A DNA stretch of 63,874 bases, counting the filler, from Octopus bimaculoides (lineage: Eukaryota), in assembly GCF_001194135.2 (NCBI RefSeq). It is 5 parts of 5 records of this genome, joined end to end, with 100 filler letters (N's around TTAATTAATTAA, not from the genome) between each part and the next. Parts side by side here need not be neighbours in the genome. Positions count along the whole stretch, not along the records: positions 1 to 28,140 come from NC_069001.1; 4 more parts are not named here. The stretch is one strand, 5' to 3'. Shown here piece by piece: positions 13,345-24,684 of this stretch (its first letter is position 1; each line of letters starts with the position of its first letter). The position numbers were made by a program, and so were the translations under genes. The notes under the pieces were generated by a model, which saw nothing but the letters and a program-made list of their open reading frames with translations, did not search any database and had not been told where the DNA came from.

Positions 13345-14685
13345 AGGAACCAAAGGGCCTTAGATTTAATTTAGCAAAGAAAACAGACTAATCATAGATT
13401 GTCCTGCTTGATATGCAGAAAAGGTATAGGTAGAAACTCAATAACATGTACTCAGAGCAAGTTATGGACACATAAGAGGTGCGGCAGTATAAAAGGAAGG
13501 TTAACAGAGAAAGTAGTTTTCATGTGTGGCAGATATGTGGGCACAATAAACCAGGGCTGTGGCGTTGGTGTCAGAGACAATTAAGGGGTAGTCAGAGTCA
13601 GTAAAACTATACAGACTCTGATTCCAACTCACAATGTCTTTATTGTTTAATATAAACCAGTTATAACATACAAGCCCACTCAAAGTACAAGCGTATGCAT
13701 ATGCTTTATGAGATATATAGACAACAATCACTTAATTACATAAAGAGGAGTCATAGTTGGAGTCGGAATCGGAGGTGCCAATAGTACAGGAGTCAGAGTC
13801 GGAGTTGAAGGTTTTTGTTTCGAATCCACAGCCCTGCAGTAAACACAAGGAATGTACAGAGAATAGACTTCATCAAATGCTCAGGACAATATTTAGAAGC
13901 AGTACACAGCTTCTATTACCTAAGTGACCAAGTCAGCACTGGAGGAGGATGGTCTGAGAGCATAGCTGCTAGAATAAGAATAGGCTGGACAAAGTTCGGA
14001 GAGCTTCCATGTTATTGGTAACAAAGGGCCTCTCTCTTAGAGTGAAAGGCAGATTATATGATGCTTGTGCATGGACAGCTATGCTACATGCCAGCAAAAC
14101 ATGAGCTGTGATGGTGGAGGATATACGAAGGCTTGAAAGAAATGAAGGTAGTACATTTCACTGAATGTACAATGTCAGTGTGCATATATGACAAAGTGTA
14201 AGTAATTTGAGAGAAAATCTGAGTATAAGAGGCATTAGATGAGCAGAGTACCACCAGACTGGCCCTCATGCCAGTGGAACGTAAAAAGCACCCACTAGAC
14301 GCTCGGAGTGGTTGGCATTAGGAAGGGCTTCCAGCTGTAGAAATTCTGCCAAATCAGATTGGAGTAGCCATCCGCTTCGCCAGTCCCTAGTCAAATCGTC
14401 CAACCCATGCTAGCATGGAAAGCGGACATTAAATGATGATGTAGTGTACTACAACAGAGAAAACTGCACTGGTATGGCCATGTGATGCATATGGACGAGG
14501 ACAGCTTTGTAAAGAAATGCCAATTTCTAACTGTTTAGGGAACCTGTAGAAGAGGTAGACCCAGGCAGACATGGGATGTGGCGGTGAAGCATGATCTGCG
14601 GATGCTGAGTCTCACAGAGGTGATGCCAAGTGACGAAGTCTTTTGGCGATTTGCTGTGCTTGAGAAGGCACGTCCAGCTAAGTGA
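13345..14685 (+). mobile_element. Decayed RTE LINE copy with nested insertions
   Basis: CLICRKGIGRNSITCTQSKLWTHKRC, ARIRIGWTKF and GRPRQTW segments, broken by a MITE (13552-13836) and an RTE 3'-end insertion (about 14260-14440). Confidence 0.8.
13552..13836. mobile_element. hAT-type MITE with 8-bp TSD
   Basis: Termini CAGGGCTGTGG...CCACAGCCCTG; flanks CAATAAAC and CAGTAAAC (1 mismatch). Confidence 0.8.
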
Positions 14686-14944
14686 AGTCATAGGCGTGGC
14701 CAGTGCCATTGACAAATGTGAGGCCAGTGATGCGTAAAAGGCACCCATGCTTTGGCACGTCAAAGATACCCAGTACACTCTTGGGGTGGTTGGTGTTAGG
14801 TAGAGCATCCGGCTATAGTCTGGAGCTTTTCAGTTCTTCGGCTGACCAGTTCCAGTCAAACCATCTAACTCATGCCAGTATGGAAAACAGACGCTAAATG
14901 ATAATGATGATGATGATGATATATAGATAATGAGCGTCTTTTAG

Positions 14945-15345
14945 TTTCTTATTTCTTTATTGCCCACAAGGGGATAAACATTGAGGGGACAAACAAGGAC
15001 AGACAAAGGGATTAAGTCGATTACATCGACCCCAGTGCGTAACTGGTATTTAATTTATCGACCCTGAAAGGCAAAGTCGACCTTGGCGAAATTTGAACTC
15101 AGAACGTAACGGCAGACGAAATACCTATTTCTTTACTGCCCACAAGGGGCTACACACAGAGGGGACAGACAAACGGATTAAGTCGATTACATCGACCCCA
15201 GTGCGTAACTGGTACTTAATTTATCGACCCCGAAAGATGAAAGGCAAAGTCGACCTCGGCGGAATTTGAACTCAGAACGCAGTGACAGACGAAATACCGC
15301 TAAGCATTTCGACCGGCGTGCTAACGGTTCTGCCAGTTCGCTGCC
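14945..15345 (-). mobile_element. Two tandem OK-type SINE copies (one 5'-truncated)
   Basis: Two successive ATTTCTTTA(T/C)TGCCCACAAGGGG...GTCGACCT..GAATTTGAACTCAGAACG blocks. Confidence 0.85.
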
Positions 15346-17058
15346 TTTGTCTTTCAGCTTCTGTTTACCCAATCCACTCACAAGGCTATAGTAGAAGACA
15401 CTCGCTCAAGGTGCTAGCAAATTCTCTAGTATGCCAGAATCACAATTTAACTTGGGTGGGGTGGGACACGTCTTAGGTATAGTGGATTATGAACCTATAA
15501 CAAGAATAAAAGAGTAATGATTTGCTACCTCCTCTCCTTTCTGTAATTTTTCAGTTTTGACGTTTCTTTTTTTTTTTTTTNNNNNNNNNNNNNNNNNNNN
15601 NNNNNNNNNNNNNNNNNNNNNNNNNNNNNNNNNNNNNNNNNNNNNNNNNNNNNNNNNNNNNNNNNNNNNNNNNNNNNNNNNNNNNNNNNNNNNNNNNNNN
15701 NNNNNNNNNNNNNNNNNNNNNNNNNNNNNNNNNNNNNNNNNNNNNNNNNNNNNNNNNNNNNNNNNNNNNNNNNNNNNNNNNNNNNNNNNNNNNNNNNNNN
15801 NNNNNNNNNNNNNNNNNNNNNNNNNNNNNNNNNNNNNNNNNNNNNNNNNNNNNNNNNNNNNNNNNNNNNNNNNNNNNNNNNNNNNNNNNNNNNNNNNNNN
15901 NNNNNNNNNNNNNNNNNNNNNNNNNNNNNNNNNNNNNNNNNNNNNNNNNNNNNNNNNNNNNNNNNNNNNNNNNNNNNNNNNNNNNNNNNNNNNNNNNNNN
16001 NNNNNNNNNNNNNNNNNNNNNNNNNNNNNNNNNNNNNNNNNNNNNNNNNNNNNNNNNNNNNNNNNNNNNNNNNNNNNNNNNNNNNNNNNNNNNNNNNNNN
16101 NNNNNNNNNNNNNNNNNNNNNNNNNNNNNNNNNNNNNNNNNNNNNNNNNNNNNNNNNNNNNNNNNNNNNNNNNNNNNNNNNNNNNNNNNNNNNNNNNNNN
16201 NNNNTAATTCTGTTGAATGTGAAAAGATTTTAGAGAATTTGGTGTTATTTTCGAAGAAATTGAGAATTTATGAAAACATCATTGGTTTCTTGAAATACCG
16301 AAACGAAATCCTAAACATCGAGTCGACATATTCTGTAGACTTCCTAACGATATTTAGTCTTTCGTTACATTTTATAATCGCCCCTCCATCTCTGTCTTCC
16401 ACTGTTTTTTCCCTTCCCTTTTTCTCCTTTCCATCTTTTTGAAGTGTTTATTAGCTGTAACTGTATATTACATAAAGGCATAAAGAGATTTGTGTGGAAA
16501 TAGAACAATGTTGAGAACCAAAGTTACATCATATTTTAAAAATGATGTACTCGAACTTAATTAATGTTTTATTTATTTATCTTTCTCAATAAACGTGCTT
16601 TTAAAATGAAAGTAGATTTTTTTGTTGTGGCTATTAGTAAACGAGGAAATGGGGAATGTATAAAAATAAAATGGATCTCTTGAAAAACCGAAATGAAAAC
16701 ATAATATTGTTTACTACAGATCGAAAAAAATACTACCCCTTTTAAAAACACGTATTTACGAGAGGGAAAATATATATATTTGGGAAATATATAAGTATTT
16801 AATTAGATAAACATTTAAAAACAGTTAATTATAAGATTTAGTTATGTATACTACCTATGTAACAGCAACAGTACCACCTCTTGTGTAAACAATATTTCGT
16901 TTCGGTATTTTAAGAAACTGCACATCTTTAATAGATTGCATTTCCTCCACAAAATACCGAAAATAGACCGTTAATTTCTACATTTAGAGTTAAAAAAAGC
17001 ATTTTTTTCTCCTAAGACACTGAATTGTAAATGAAACAAGAAACGAGAACCGACTCAC

Positions 17059-17237
17059 CGATTGAAAGTTGGTAGACTATCAAATATCAAATTAAACGAT
17101 ATGTTATGTACGTCATCCTGGAGTTCTTTGCGACTGGTTGAATTTATGAGGACTTTGATTTGTTGCAGGACAGACAATTTATCGTCTGTGGTCGGGAAAG
17201 AGTCCAACAAACTGGACAAGTTACACGACAACGCCAT
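17059..17237 (-). CDS. PSMD5: First coding exon of 26S proteasome non-ATPase regulatory subunit 5-like gene (19S base assembly chaperone)
   Basis: MALSCNLSSLLDSFPTTDDKLSVLQQIKVLINSTSRKELQDDVHNISFNLIFDSLPTFNR resembles the PSMD5 N-terminus as I recall it ([40 protein letters not shown]). AAGATGG start; strong phase-2 donor CG|GTGAGT; CpG-rich upstream region. No later exons found. Confidence 0.7.
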
Positions 17238-17724
17238 CTTAGTAAGTGTAGAGAGAGAGAGGAAGAAAAAAACCCGCGGGAAATCTCGCGAGATATCGTT
17301 GGTTGTCATAACAACAGACAGCTTCGCTAGTTTTGATGGAGTTGTGTTCTGCTAGAAATTAACACGATACAGAACATTTATACAAAAATACACGAACACG
17401 AACACACACACATATATATAATTATATATGTGTGTGTATGTATGTTTGTGTATGAAAGTACATACACATAGATCCAAGGAAAACCAAAAGAAAGAAAAAT
17501 GACAAGACTTTGTTACGGTTCCGCAATGTTCCTTTCATTCAAAATATTTGTTTGTTTAAATGCACACACACTCACAACCTCATAACATTTGCTCAATTCT
17601 ATTACTTGAAATATTTCTTCGAATTATTTTAACTAACCTGTAATAATTAGCAAGTAAATTTTTTTTTTTTTTGAGTTTGTTTAATAGAAGAAAAAAATAT
17701 TTTTGAACGAATTTCCAAGTCAAT
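17238..17724. promoter_or_regulatory. Bidirectional promoter between PSMD5-like and CCDC180-like genes
   Basis: Divergent ATGs 487 bp apart; locally CpG-rich; GCGGGAAA (17276-17283), TCTCGCGAGA (17284-17293), GTTGTCATAACAAC X-box (17302-17315). Confidence 0.75.
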
Positions 17725-17793
17725 ATGTCGCAGAGTGAGCGAGTCAGTGTTGTTCCCAGCGGGAAAGTATACGGCCAACTCTTTGAGGCTCAG
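17725..17793 (+). CDS. CCDC180: CCDC180/CFAP76-like exon 1
   Basis: MSQSERVSVVPSGKVYGQLFEAQ resembles the recalled CCDC180 motif KVTQVPNGKAYQQIFQAE; donor CAG|GTAATT, phase 0. Confidence 0.78.
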
Positions 17794-17949
17794 GTAATTA
17801 TCATTTATATTTATTCATACACATACTCATGTATTTATTCCTTATTTCTCTGTAACTATGCCTTGTCTTTATTATATGTACGTGCCTCGGCCCGTTATTT
17901 CTCTCTGCTAACAAGTTATTTCATATGCGTCTGTTTAAGTGTGTGTGTG

Positions 17950-19552
17950 TTTAATACAGTAAAATGGCAGTGGAGAAGAATTGAGTTATGAAATATAAAG
18001 CTATGTTAGGTCAATTACATGAACATTTTGTATTTAAATTGTTGGCTGACGGTAATATCAAAACTGCTGATAACGTTTATTGTATCCGTTGTGACAAATC
18101 GTTTGCATTCCATGGATCTAACACATCACTTACTTACCACCTTCAAAACAAACACTTGCTACAGTATTCGAAACCTCAGCTCGCAATATCAGCTTCATTT
18201 AGTCAGTCTACAGCGGCGGTGTCATCTACCTCCAAGCAGACTACTTTAAGTCAGTTTCACCGTCAGTCTCATCATCCGGTGAATGCTACCGTACAACGTG
18301 ACATTAAAATATCACTTGCAAACTGGATAAGCTAATAATGGTAGACCAATATCGATAGTAAAAGATGATGGTCTTCAGTAAGTATTGCATACAGCGCTTC
18401 AAAATACCGAATATAAACTACTTTGCCGGCGCACTATTGATAAAATGTTGGTTGATATTTATAACAGCAAAAGAGAAATTGTTAAAGAAGCAGTAAGAAT
18501 TCAAAGACACTTGCGTGAACATCTGGTTTTTGGACATCCCTAGGTAATGAAAGTTATTGCGGAATCACCGGCCATTGGATTGCTGGTGAATGGAATTTAA
18601 TGAATGTGTGCATGTTGTTGAACATCACTATTCTAACAATGTTGCTGAGTTATATAAACAATTTGTAAAAGACTGGGATATAACAAAGACCCAGGTTCTT
18701 GTAACAGACAATGCACGAAATTTAGTTTCAGCTGTTAATCAAACTGGTTTTGCTCATATTCCATGTTTGGCTCAAAGCCTGCAGTTGAGCGTATTGCTAC
18801 TGTTATTGTCTTTGGCAAAGCACATGACTGTAAATGATGATGATCCAGGTTTTATAGCCAAATTCAAGGCAGCATCTGTTAATGACTTCAGCAAACATGT
18901 AGCTGACATGAAAAGTATTGAAATATTACAGATTGCAACAGTACTTGATCCACGATATAAAAACTTGAAGTGTTTATCAGACGATTCAAAAGAACAAACT
19001 TGGTTACTTATTGGACAACAAATAGAAGTTGATGTTAATGATGATCGGTTGAAGACTAATGCAAAAGATGATCCTAACAGAGTCAATAAAATTACATGCG
19101 AACCTAATGAAAAGTATATTAAGCTGATAGAGTCTGACTCAGGCTTAGGAAAGGGTGTCGAAAACGCTTCTGATGAAGTACAGCGATATAAAATAGAGAA
19201 AAAAGTTGCTGAATCAGTTGATCCACCACANNNNNNNNNNAATGAACATCGATATCCAAAATTGACATTCTTTGTCAAGACTGTTCTGTGCATAGCAGCT
19301 ACCTCGGTTCCATGTGAACAATTATTTAGCTATTGTTAACGAGATGCGCTCATCACTTGAACCAAAATACTGTTAACATGCTTGTGTGTTTACGTAACTG
19401 GCTACCCAACAACATTTGAGTGAGACAACGCCTATGCTATTTCTTGTTTTCAACTGCAGATATTTTTGAGTTTTAATCAAAATTAACTATTAATTAATCG
19501 TTAATTTCTCAAAAGTTAATTATTAAAATTAAATTAATCATTACCAGCCCTA
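17950..19552 (+). mobile_element. Defective hAT (ZBED1/Ac-like) transposon in CCDC180 intron 1
   Basis: BED finger (HEHF..CIRCDKSFAFHGSNTSLTYHLQNKH), FWTSLGNESYCGITGHW, TDNARN, IATVLDPRYK, and hATC (YPKL..LCIAATSVPCEQLFS). Stops, frameshifts and an internal deletion. Right terminus ACCAGCCCTA at 19543-19552; no left terminus seen. Confidence 0.9.
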
Positions 19553-19553
19553 T

Positions 19554-19595
<42 letters not shown>

Positions 19596-19939
19596 TTATG
19601 AGAGGTAATGGTTTCAATAAGACCCAAAGGTGTCAGGTAATGCTGAGTAAGTGCTATGGACAGACTATAGTTCAGTTCCAGGTTCGGTGATTATGCAAAT
19701 GAGGAGTCAAATGTAGGTCATATATTAGCATGCATATATATAAGAAATTAACAGAATGAGATAAAAACCCGGGTCTATGTGTATCACATAAGGCTAGAGA
19801 TAGGAGCGATGACCACCCTCGCAAATACTAATTGGACATAGATTGTGTGTCGTTAGCCAGCTGGAGGAGATGTCTTCCTGGGGCAAAAAACAACAGTAAC
19901 ATTGTCCTCTATAAGACTGCCACATTTAGCTGGCAATTC

Positions 19940-20230
19940 GAGCGAGATCATTGCCAGTGCCCCTGGACTGGCTCTTGTGCGGGTGGCACATAAAATACAC
20001 CATTTTTTAGCATGGCCGTTGCCAGTACCGCCTGACTGGCCTTCGTGCCGATGACACGTAAAAGCACCCACTACACTCTTGGAGTGGTTGGCATTAGGAA
20101 GGGCATCCAGCTGTAGAAACTCTGCCAAATCAGATTGGAGCCTGGTGTAGCCACCTGGTTCACCAGTCCTCAATCAAATCGTGCAACCCATGCTAGCATG
20201 GAAAGCGGACGTTAAACGATGATGATGATG
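19940..20230 (+). mobile_element. RTE 3'-UTR fragment
   Basis: Near-identical to 7078-7360; (GAT)n tail. Confidence 0.85.
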
Positions 20231-20524
20231 ATATAGATAGAAATTGAAAGAGGCCTCTCTCTCTCTCTTTCTCTCTCACACACACACACACACACAGTAT
20301 GTATACAGTCATGTGTATCTATTTACATTTGCACTTCTCTGAAGGTCACTGCCCTACAAGTGGTGATGCTGTTAGCATTTTCCCCATAAAAAAAATCATA
20401 CATTGGCTTTGTACCTTTTGAAGACATGAAATAATAGATCCCTTTCATGAAAAACAGGTAAAGGTTAGCAACAGCAACGGCATCCGGCTGTAAAACAATG
20501 TCTCAGTAATACATTCGCCTAACC

Positions 20525-20765
20525 CTCTGGCTCTCAACCTGGGGTCCATATGGTCTTTGGGAGACTATATAATATTTTGTGGTTAATATATAAATTGCTT
20601 CTATTATACACAAAATAGTTTAACAATTTTTTTATACAATTCCTAATGGTATTTAATTATAAAAAATATAGTAGGATTTTTGAAAACATCAAATGGCTGT
20701 GAGGGTCCACACAAGTAAATAGAAATCAATGGGGTCTATAGTGGGGAAATGGTTGAGAATCACTG
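20525..20765. mobile_element. Charlie-like hAT MITE
   Basis: Degenerate CAGTGGTTCTCAACC-type left end and GGTTGAGAATCACTG right end. Confidence 0.6.
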
Positions 20766-20941
20766 GGATAATCTATGCTGTGGGGTAGGGATAGACATAA
20801 AAATTAATGAATGAACACACACCATCTTCCTCACCATTACCACCACTGCCATCTTCATCTTAATTATCGTCATACAAGTGTTCAATAATTTTTTTATAAT
20901 AATAAGTAAATTTCCTTGTCTTATTCTTCTTTCGTTTCAAG

Positions 20942-21078
20942 GCCTTGCTTAACAGCAAATTAAAGCAAGTGGAACGCCAGCGGGAAGAAACTAAACTCAA
21001 GTCAAGCAGTGGTCTCTTGAAACTGCCTTTCACGTACAAACTGTCGGACAGTGCCCAGAAAGAGGAAGAGGTTCACAA
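20942..21078 (+). CDS. CCDC180: CCDC180-like exon 2
   Basis: Polypyrimidine tract and TTTCAAG| acceptor; ALLNSKLKQVERQREETKLKSSSGLLKLPFTYKLSDSAQKEEEVH; donor AA|GTAAGA; phase 0 to 2. Confidence 0.75.
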
Positions 21079-21622
21079 GTAAGAGAAGAAAAAAAAAACT
21101 AGTTTTGTTTTCATGAACATTGATTGTCTGTATGTATTATGTAACTGTAGGAAGAGTGGTTGTCTTGGTGATCGTGAAGGTAGCGATAGTTGTAGTTGTA
21201 CAGTCACAGGACATGATGAGATTAAATGTTTAAAGGGAAACAACTCTATCTCGGTAAAAATAAAAGTCATACGAACACATAACTTAATGTATACATTGCG
21301 CACTCTACTACGTTTTCTACTGTCCATTTTTATTGTAATACAGGCATCCCCACGTTATACATTTTTATTGTATTACAGGCATCCCCGCGTACAGGATTTC
21401 GCACTTAGGGAAATTGTGAAGTATGACCATTAATATCAGGATAGTGTCTGTAATGTCTCTCTCACGAAAACTCGTATTTCCATAGTTCTATATTGTCAAC
21501 AATTTAAAAGAAGTTATCTCAATGGCTACTTACGTTTTAGTTAAGATCAAAACTTAGTTAACAATGTGAAAAGCTATCATCACGTTATACACATACAGGA
21601 ACAAAAAAAAAACTTGTATATG

Positions 21623-21838
21623 CGAGGGGGTGCAGAAAAGTTCCTGGTTTTGAGTAAAAATAATACAGGAGGATCAGTTACTTATGATTTTATTCAGCAT
21701 ATTCCCCTCTCAGATTCACACACTTATTGCAAGGACCCTTTAGTTTTCCTAAGCCCTGTAAAAGAACTTGGAAGGTTGAGCCTCCAGCCGGGCCTTTCAC
21801 AACACCCTCAAAGCCAGGAACTTCTCAGTGCCTCCTTA
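21623..21838. mobile_element. mariner-type MITE
   Basis: CGAGGGGGTGCAGAAAAGTTCCTGGTTTTGAG and CTCAAAGCCAGGAACTTCTCAGTGCCTCC inverted termini. Confidence 0.7.
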
Positions 21839-21888
21839 TATAATGTACATAATGTGAGTATCTATACATGTATATATGAATGTGTCAA

Positions 21889-22112
21889 CATCATCATCGT
21901 CGTCGTTTAACGTCCACTTTCTATGCTAGCATGGGTTGGACAGTTTGATTGAGGACTGGTGAGCCAGAAGGCTGCACCAGGCTCAATCTGATTTGGCAGA
22001 GTTTCTACAGTTGGATGCCCTTCCTAATGCCAACCACTCTGTGAGTGTAGTGGGTGCTTTTACATGCCACCAGCATGAGGGCCAGTCAGGTGGTTCTGGC
22101 AACGACCATGCT
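21889..22112 (-). mobile_element. RTE 3'-UTR fragment (inverted)
   Basis: CATCATCATCGTCGTCGTTTAACGTCCACTTTCTATGCTAGCATGGG..., the reverse complement of the RTE tail. Confidence 0.85.
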
Positions 22113-22549
22113 TTCAATACTTCATCATCTGTCTTCTTGGATCTCCCTCTTCCACAAGTTCTGTCCACTTTAAGTGATTGGCACTCCTGTATGCACACAC
22201 ACATACATACAAATACATATACACAACAGGCTTCTTTAAGTTTGTGTCTACCAAATTCATTGACAAAGCTCCTTTGGCTGGACCAAAACTGTAATAGAAA
22301 ACATTTCCCCAAGGGACCATGCAGTTGAACTGAACCTCAAAACACAGTTGAGAAGTGAACTTCTTAACCACACATCCATACTTGCCCCTAGTATTTTATA
22401 GTATTTCAAAATAAAACAAGAAGTGGATGTAGCATCACATCTTTGTGTATGTTTTAAATGGCTAATATAATTATCATAAAACTTATATGTAGTGGTAATT
22501 TGCTGTGCTTGAGAAGACATGTCAAGCTAAGTGAAATCATAGTTGTGAT

Positions 22550-22915
22550 CAGTGCTGGAGACACATAAACAGCACCTGTGTGGGTGACACATTGAAGGCA
22601 TCCATGCCGGTGATATGTTTAGGGCACCTATGTTGGTGACACATTAAAGGCAGCCATGCTGGTTACATGTAAGAGGCACCCCTGCCAATGACACATTAAA
22701 GGCACCTGTACCGATGACATGCAAAAAGTGCCCATGCTGGTGACACACAAGGGGCACCTGTGCTAGTGACGTGCAAAAGGCACCTGTGCCAGTGACACAC
22801 AAAAGGCACCCATGCCAGTGACACATGAAAAGCACTCGTGTTGGGGACACGTGAAAGGCCCCTGTGCTGGGGACATGTGAATGGTACCCATGCTGGTGAA
22901 ACATAAAAGACACCC
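22550..22915 (+). repeat. About 14 copies of a degenerate ~26-bp minisatellite inside an RTE 3' UTR
   Basis: Unit approx GGCACC(T/C)(G/A)TGC(C/T)(G/A)GTGACACA(T/C)(A/G)AAA; followed by the RTE terminal block to about 23060. Confidence 0.8.
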
Positions 22916-23113
22916 TGTGGAGTGGTTTGCTCTAGGAAGGGCATCTGGTCATAGAAACTAAGCCAAAACAGACTGAAAGTCTGGGGCAGCTCTTTGGCTT
23001 ACCAGTTTTTGTCAAACCATCTCACCCATACCAGAATGGAAAATGACAGTTACTAAACAATGACGATAATTGATATAATAAATGGAATTTCATTTTATTA
23101 TTTCTAATTTCAG

Positions 23114-23198
23114 GAAGTTTCAATGTTACCCAGAGGCCAGACAGGAAAGTTCTGCTCTGAATGTTGAAATGGGTGAGGTCAAAGCTCTACCAGAAATC
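23114..23198 (+). CDS. CCDC180: CCDC180-like exon 3 (alternative donor at 23202)
   Basis: TTTCAG| acceptor, phase 2; KFQCYPEARQESSALNVEMGEVKALPEI resembles recalled AREVRGLMDTIV; tandem donors ATC|GTAG|GTCAGT. Confidence 0.75.
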
Positions 23199-23520
23199 GT
23201 AGGTCAGTTTTTTTGTTGTATTTTTTTTTTAATATTTTTTTTTACTTTTTGTAAACCATTTAACCCTTTTGCTGCAATTATCAGTTATGTCCTCCCCAAA
23301 TTTCATTGCCTTCAACTGCAGAAAACTGTTTTATATACCAATCTATCTTTCTTTGTAGAATGCTATATTTGAAACTATTGTCTGTTGAGAAACATCATTT
23401 TTAAAAATTTAGTTTGTCTCAGACCTTTGACTGCAGCCATGCTGGGGTGCCACCTTGAAATTGACCCTAGGACTTATTTTTGTTGAGTCTAGTACTTATT
23501 CTGTCAGTCTTTTTTACTAT

Positions 23521-24135
23521 GTCCCCAAAACATGTACCAAGAGTGATAAAAATCAAACATCCAGTCAACATCATGGTACTTGGAGTGATCACTAATGATG
23601 GCGACGTTATGCCTCCATTCATCTTCCCACATGGCCTCAGACTCAACACAAAGGCTTACATCAAGTGCCTGGAGGAGGTAGTGCTGCCCTGGATCAAGAG
23701 GGTGGCTGCTGGAAGACCCTATATGAGGCAACAAGACTCTGTACCATGCCACACAAGCAGAAGAAACCAGTCATAGCTGTCAGATAATTTCTGTAACCAC
23801 GTCACCCCTAACATCTGGCCACCTAACTCCCCAGACTACAACCCCCTTGATTATTATGTGAGGGGCACAGTTGAGCTAGAGACCAACAAAGCTCCTTGTA
23901 ACATCAAAGATGAACTGAAGGCAAGGATTATGGCAGCATTCATCAATTTAAACAAGGAGACCATCCAGGAGAGCTGCAAGAGGTTCCATTACGATCTGGA
24001 GGCCATATGGTTGAAGCCAATGGCAATTTTATTGAATAAATTTACTTTTTAGTATTTCAAGATATTTTTTATGTAATTTTGATAAATAAATCTGTTAAAA
24101 TCAGATGAGTTAAAATGAGTGTTATTTTCATTTTT
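23521..24135 (+). mobile_element. Tc1/mariner (maT/DD37D-like) transposase relic, 3' part
   Basis: IMVLGVITNDGDVMPPFIF, QQDSVPCHTS, WPPNSPDYNPLDY, with stops. Confidence 0.85.
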
Positions 24136-24215
24136 GTGTAATTTAGACAAGCCGTCCAACCCATGTCAGCATAGAACTTGGACGTTAAATGATGATGATG
24201 ATGATGATGATGATG

Positions 24216-24251
<36 letters not shown>

Positions 24252-24684
24252 ATGTATGCATATGTGTGTGTGTGTGTTTGTTTCTCTTTGTCTTGACATC
24301 ACGTGATTGTTGTAGATGAAAGCCATTCATTTCTGGATTTCTGTGATAACATGTTTGGTGATGGGAAAATACTTCCCCTGAGTGGAAACTGGTAAGAGTT
24401 GGTGACAGGAAGGGCATCCAGCTATAGAAAATCTGCTTCAATAAACCCTGTTTGGCCCATGCCATCATGGAAAAGGAGGACGATGATGCAGATGCTATGT
24501 AATGTTCAGGGTCTATTTGTATAAGCAATGCTTATTAAATGTATGCATGTATATTTACTACTCATCCAAAAAAAATAATAATAAATAAGTAAAACCTGCT
24601 GTAATAGTTCTTCAGCTAAATTATAAATAATAGTTCATTAGCTAAATTAAATAAATATAATTTTTTAACCATCTTTTATTATAG

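Noticed and set aside
22550-22915. 26-bp periodic array as CRISPR-like
   Set aside because: Contiguous degenerate units without unique spacers, no cas genes, eukaryotic context.
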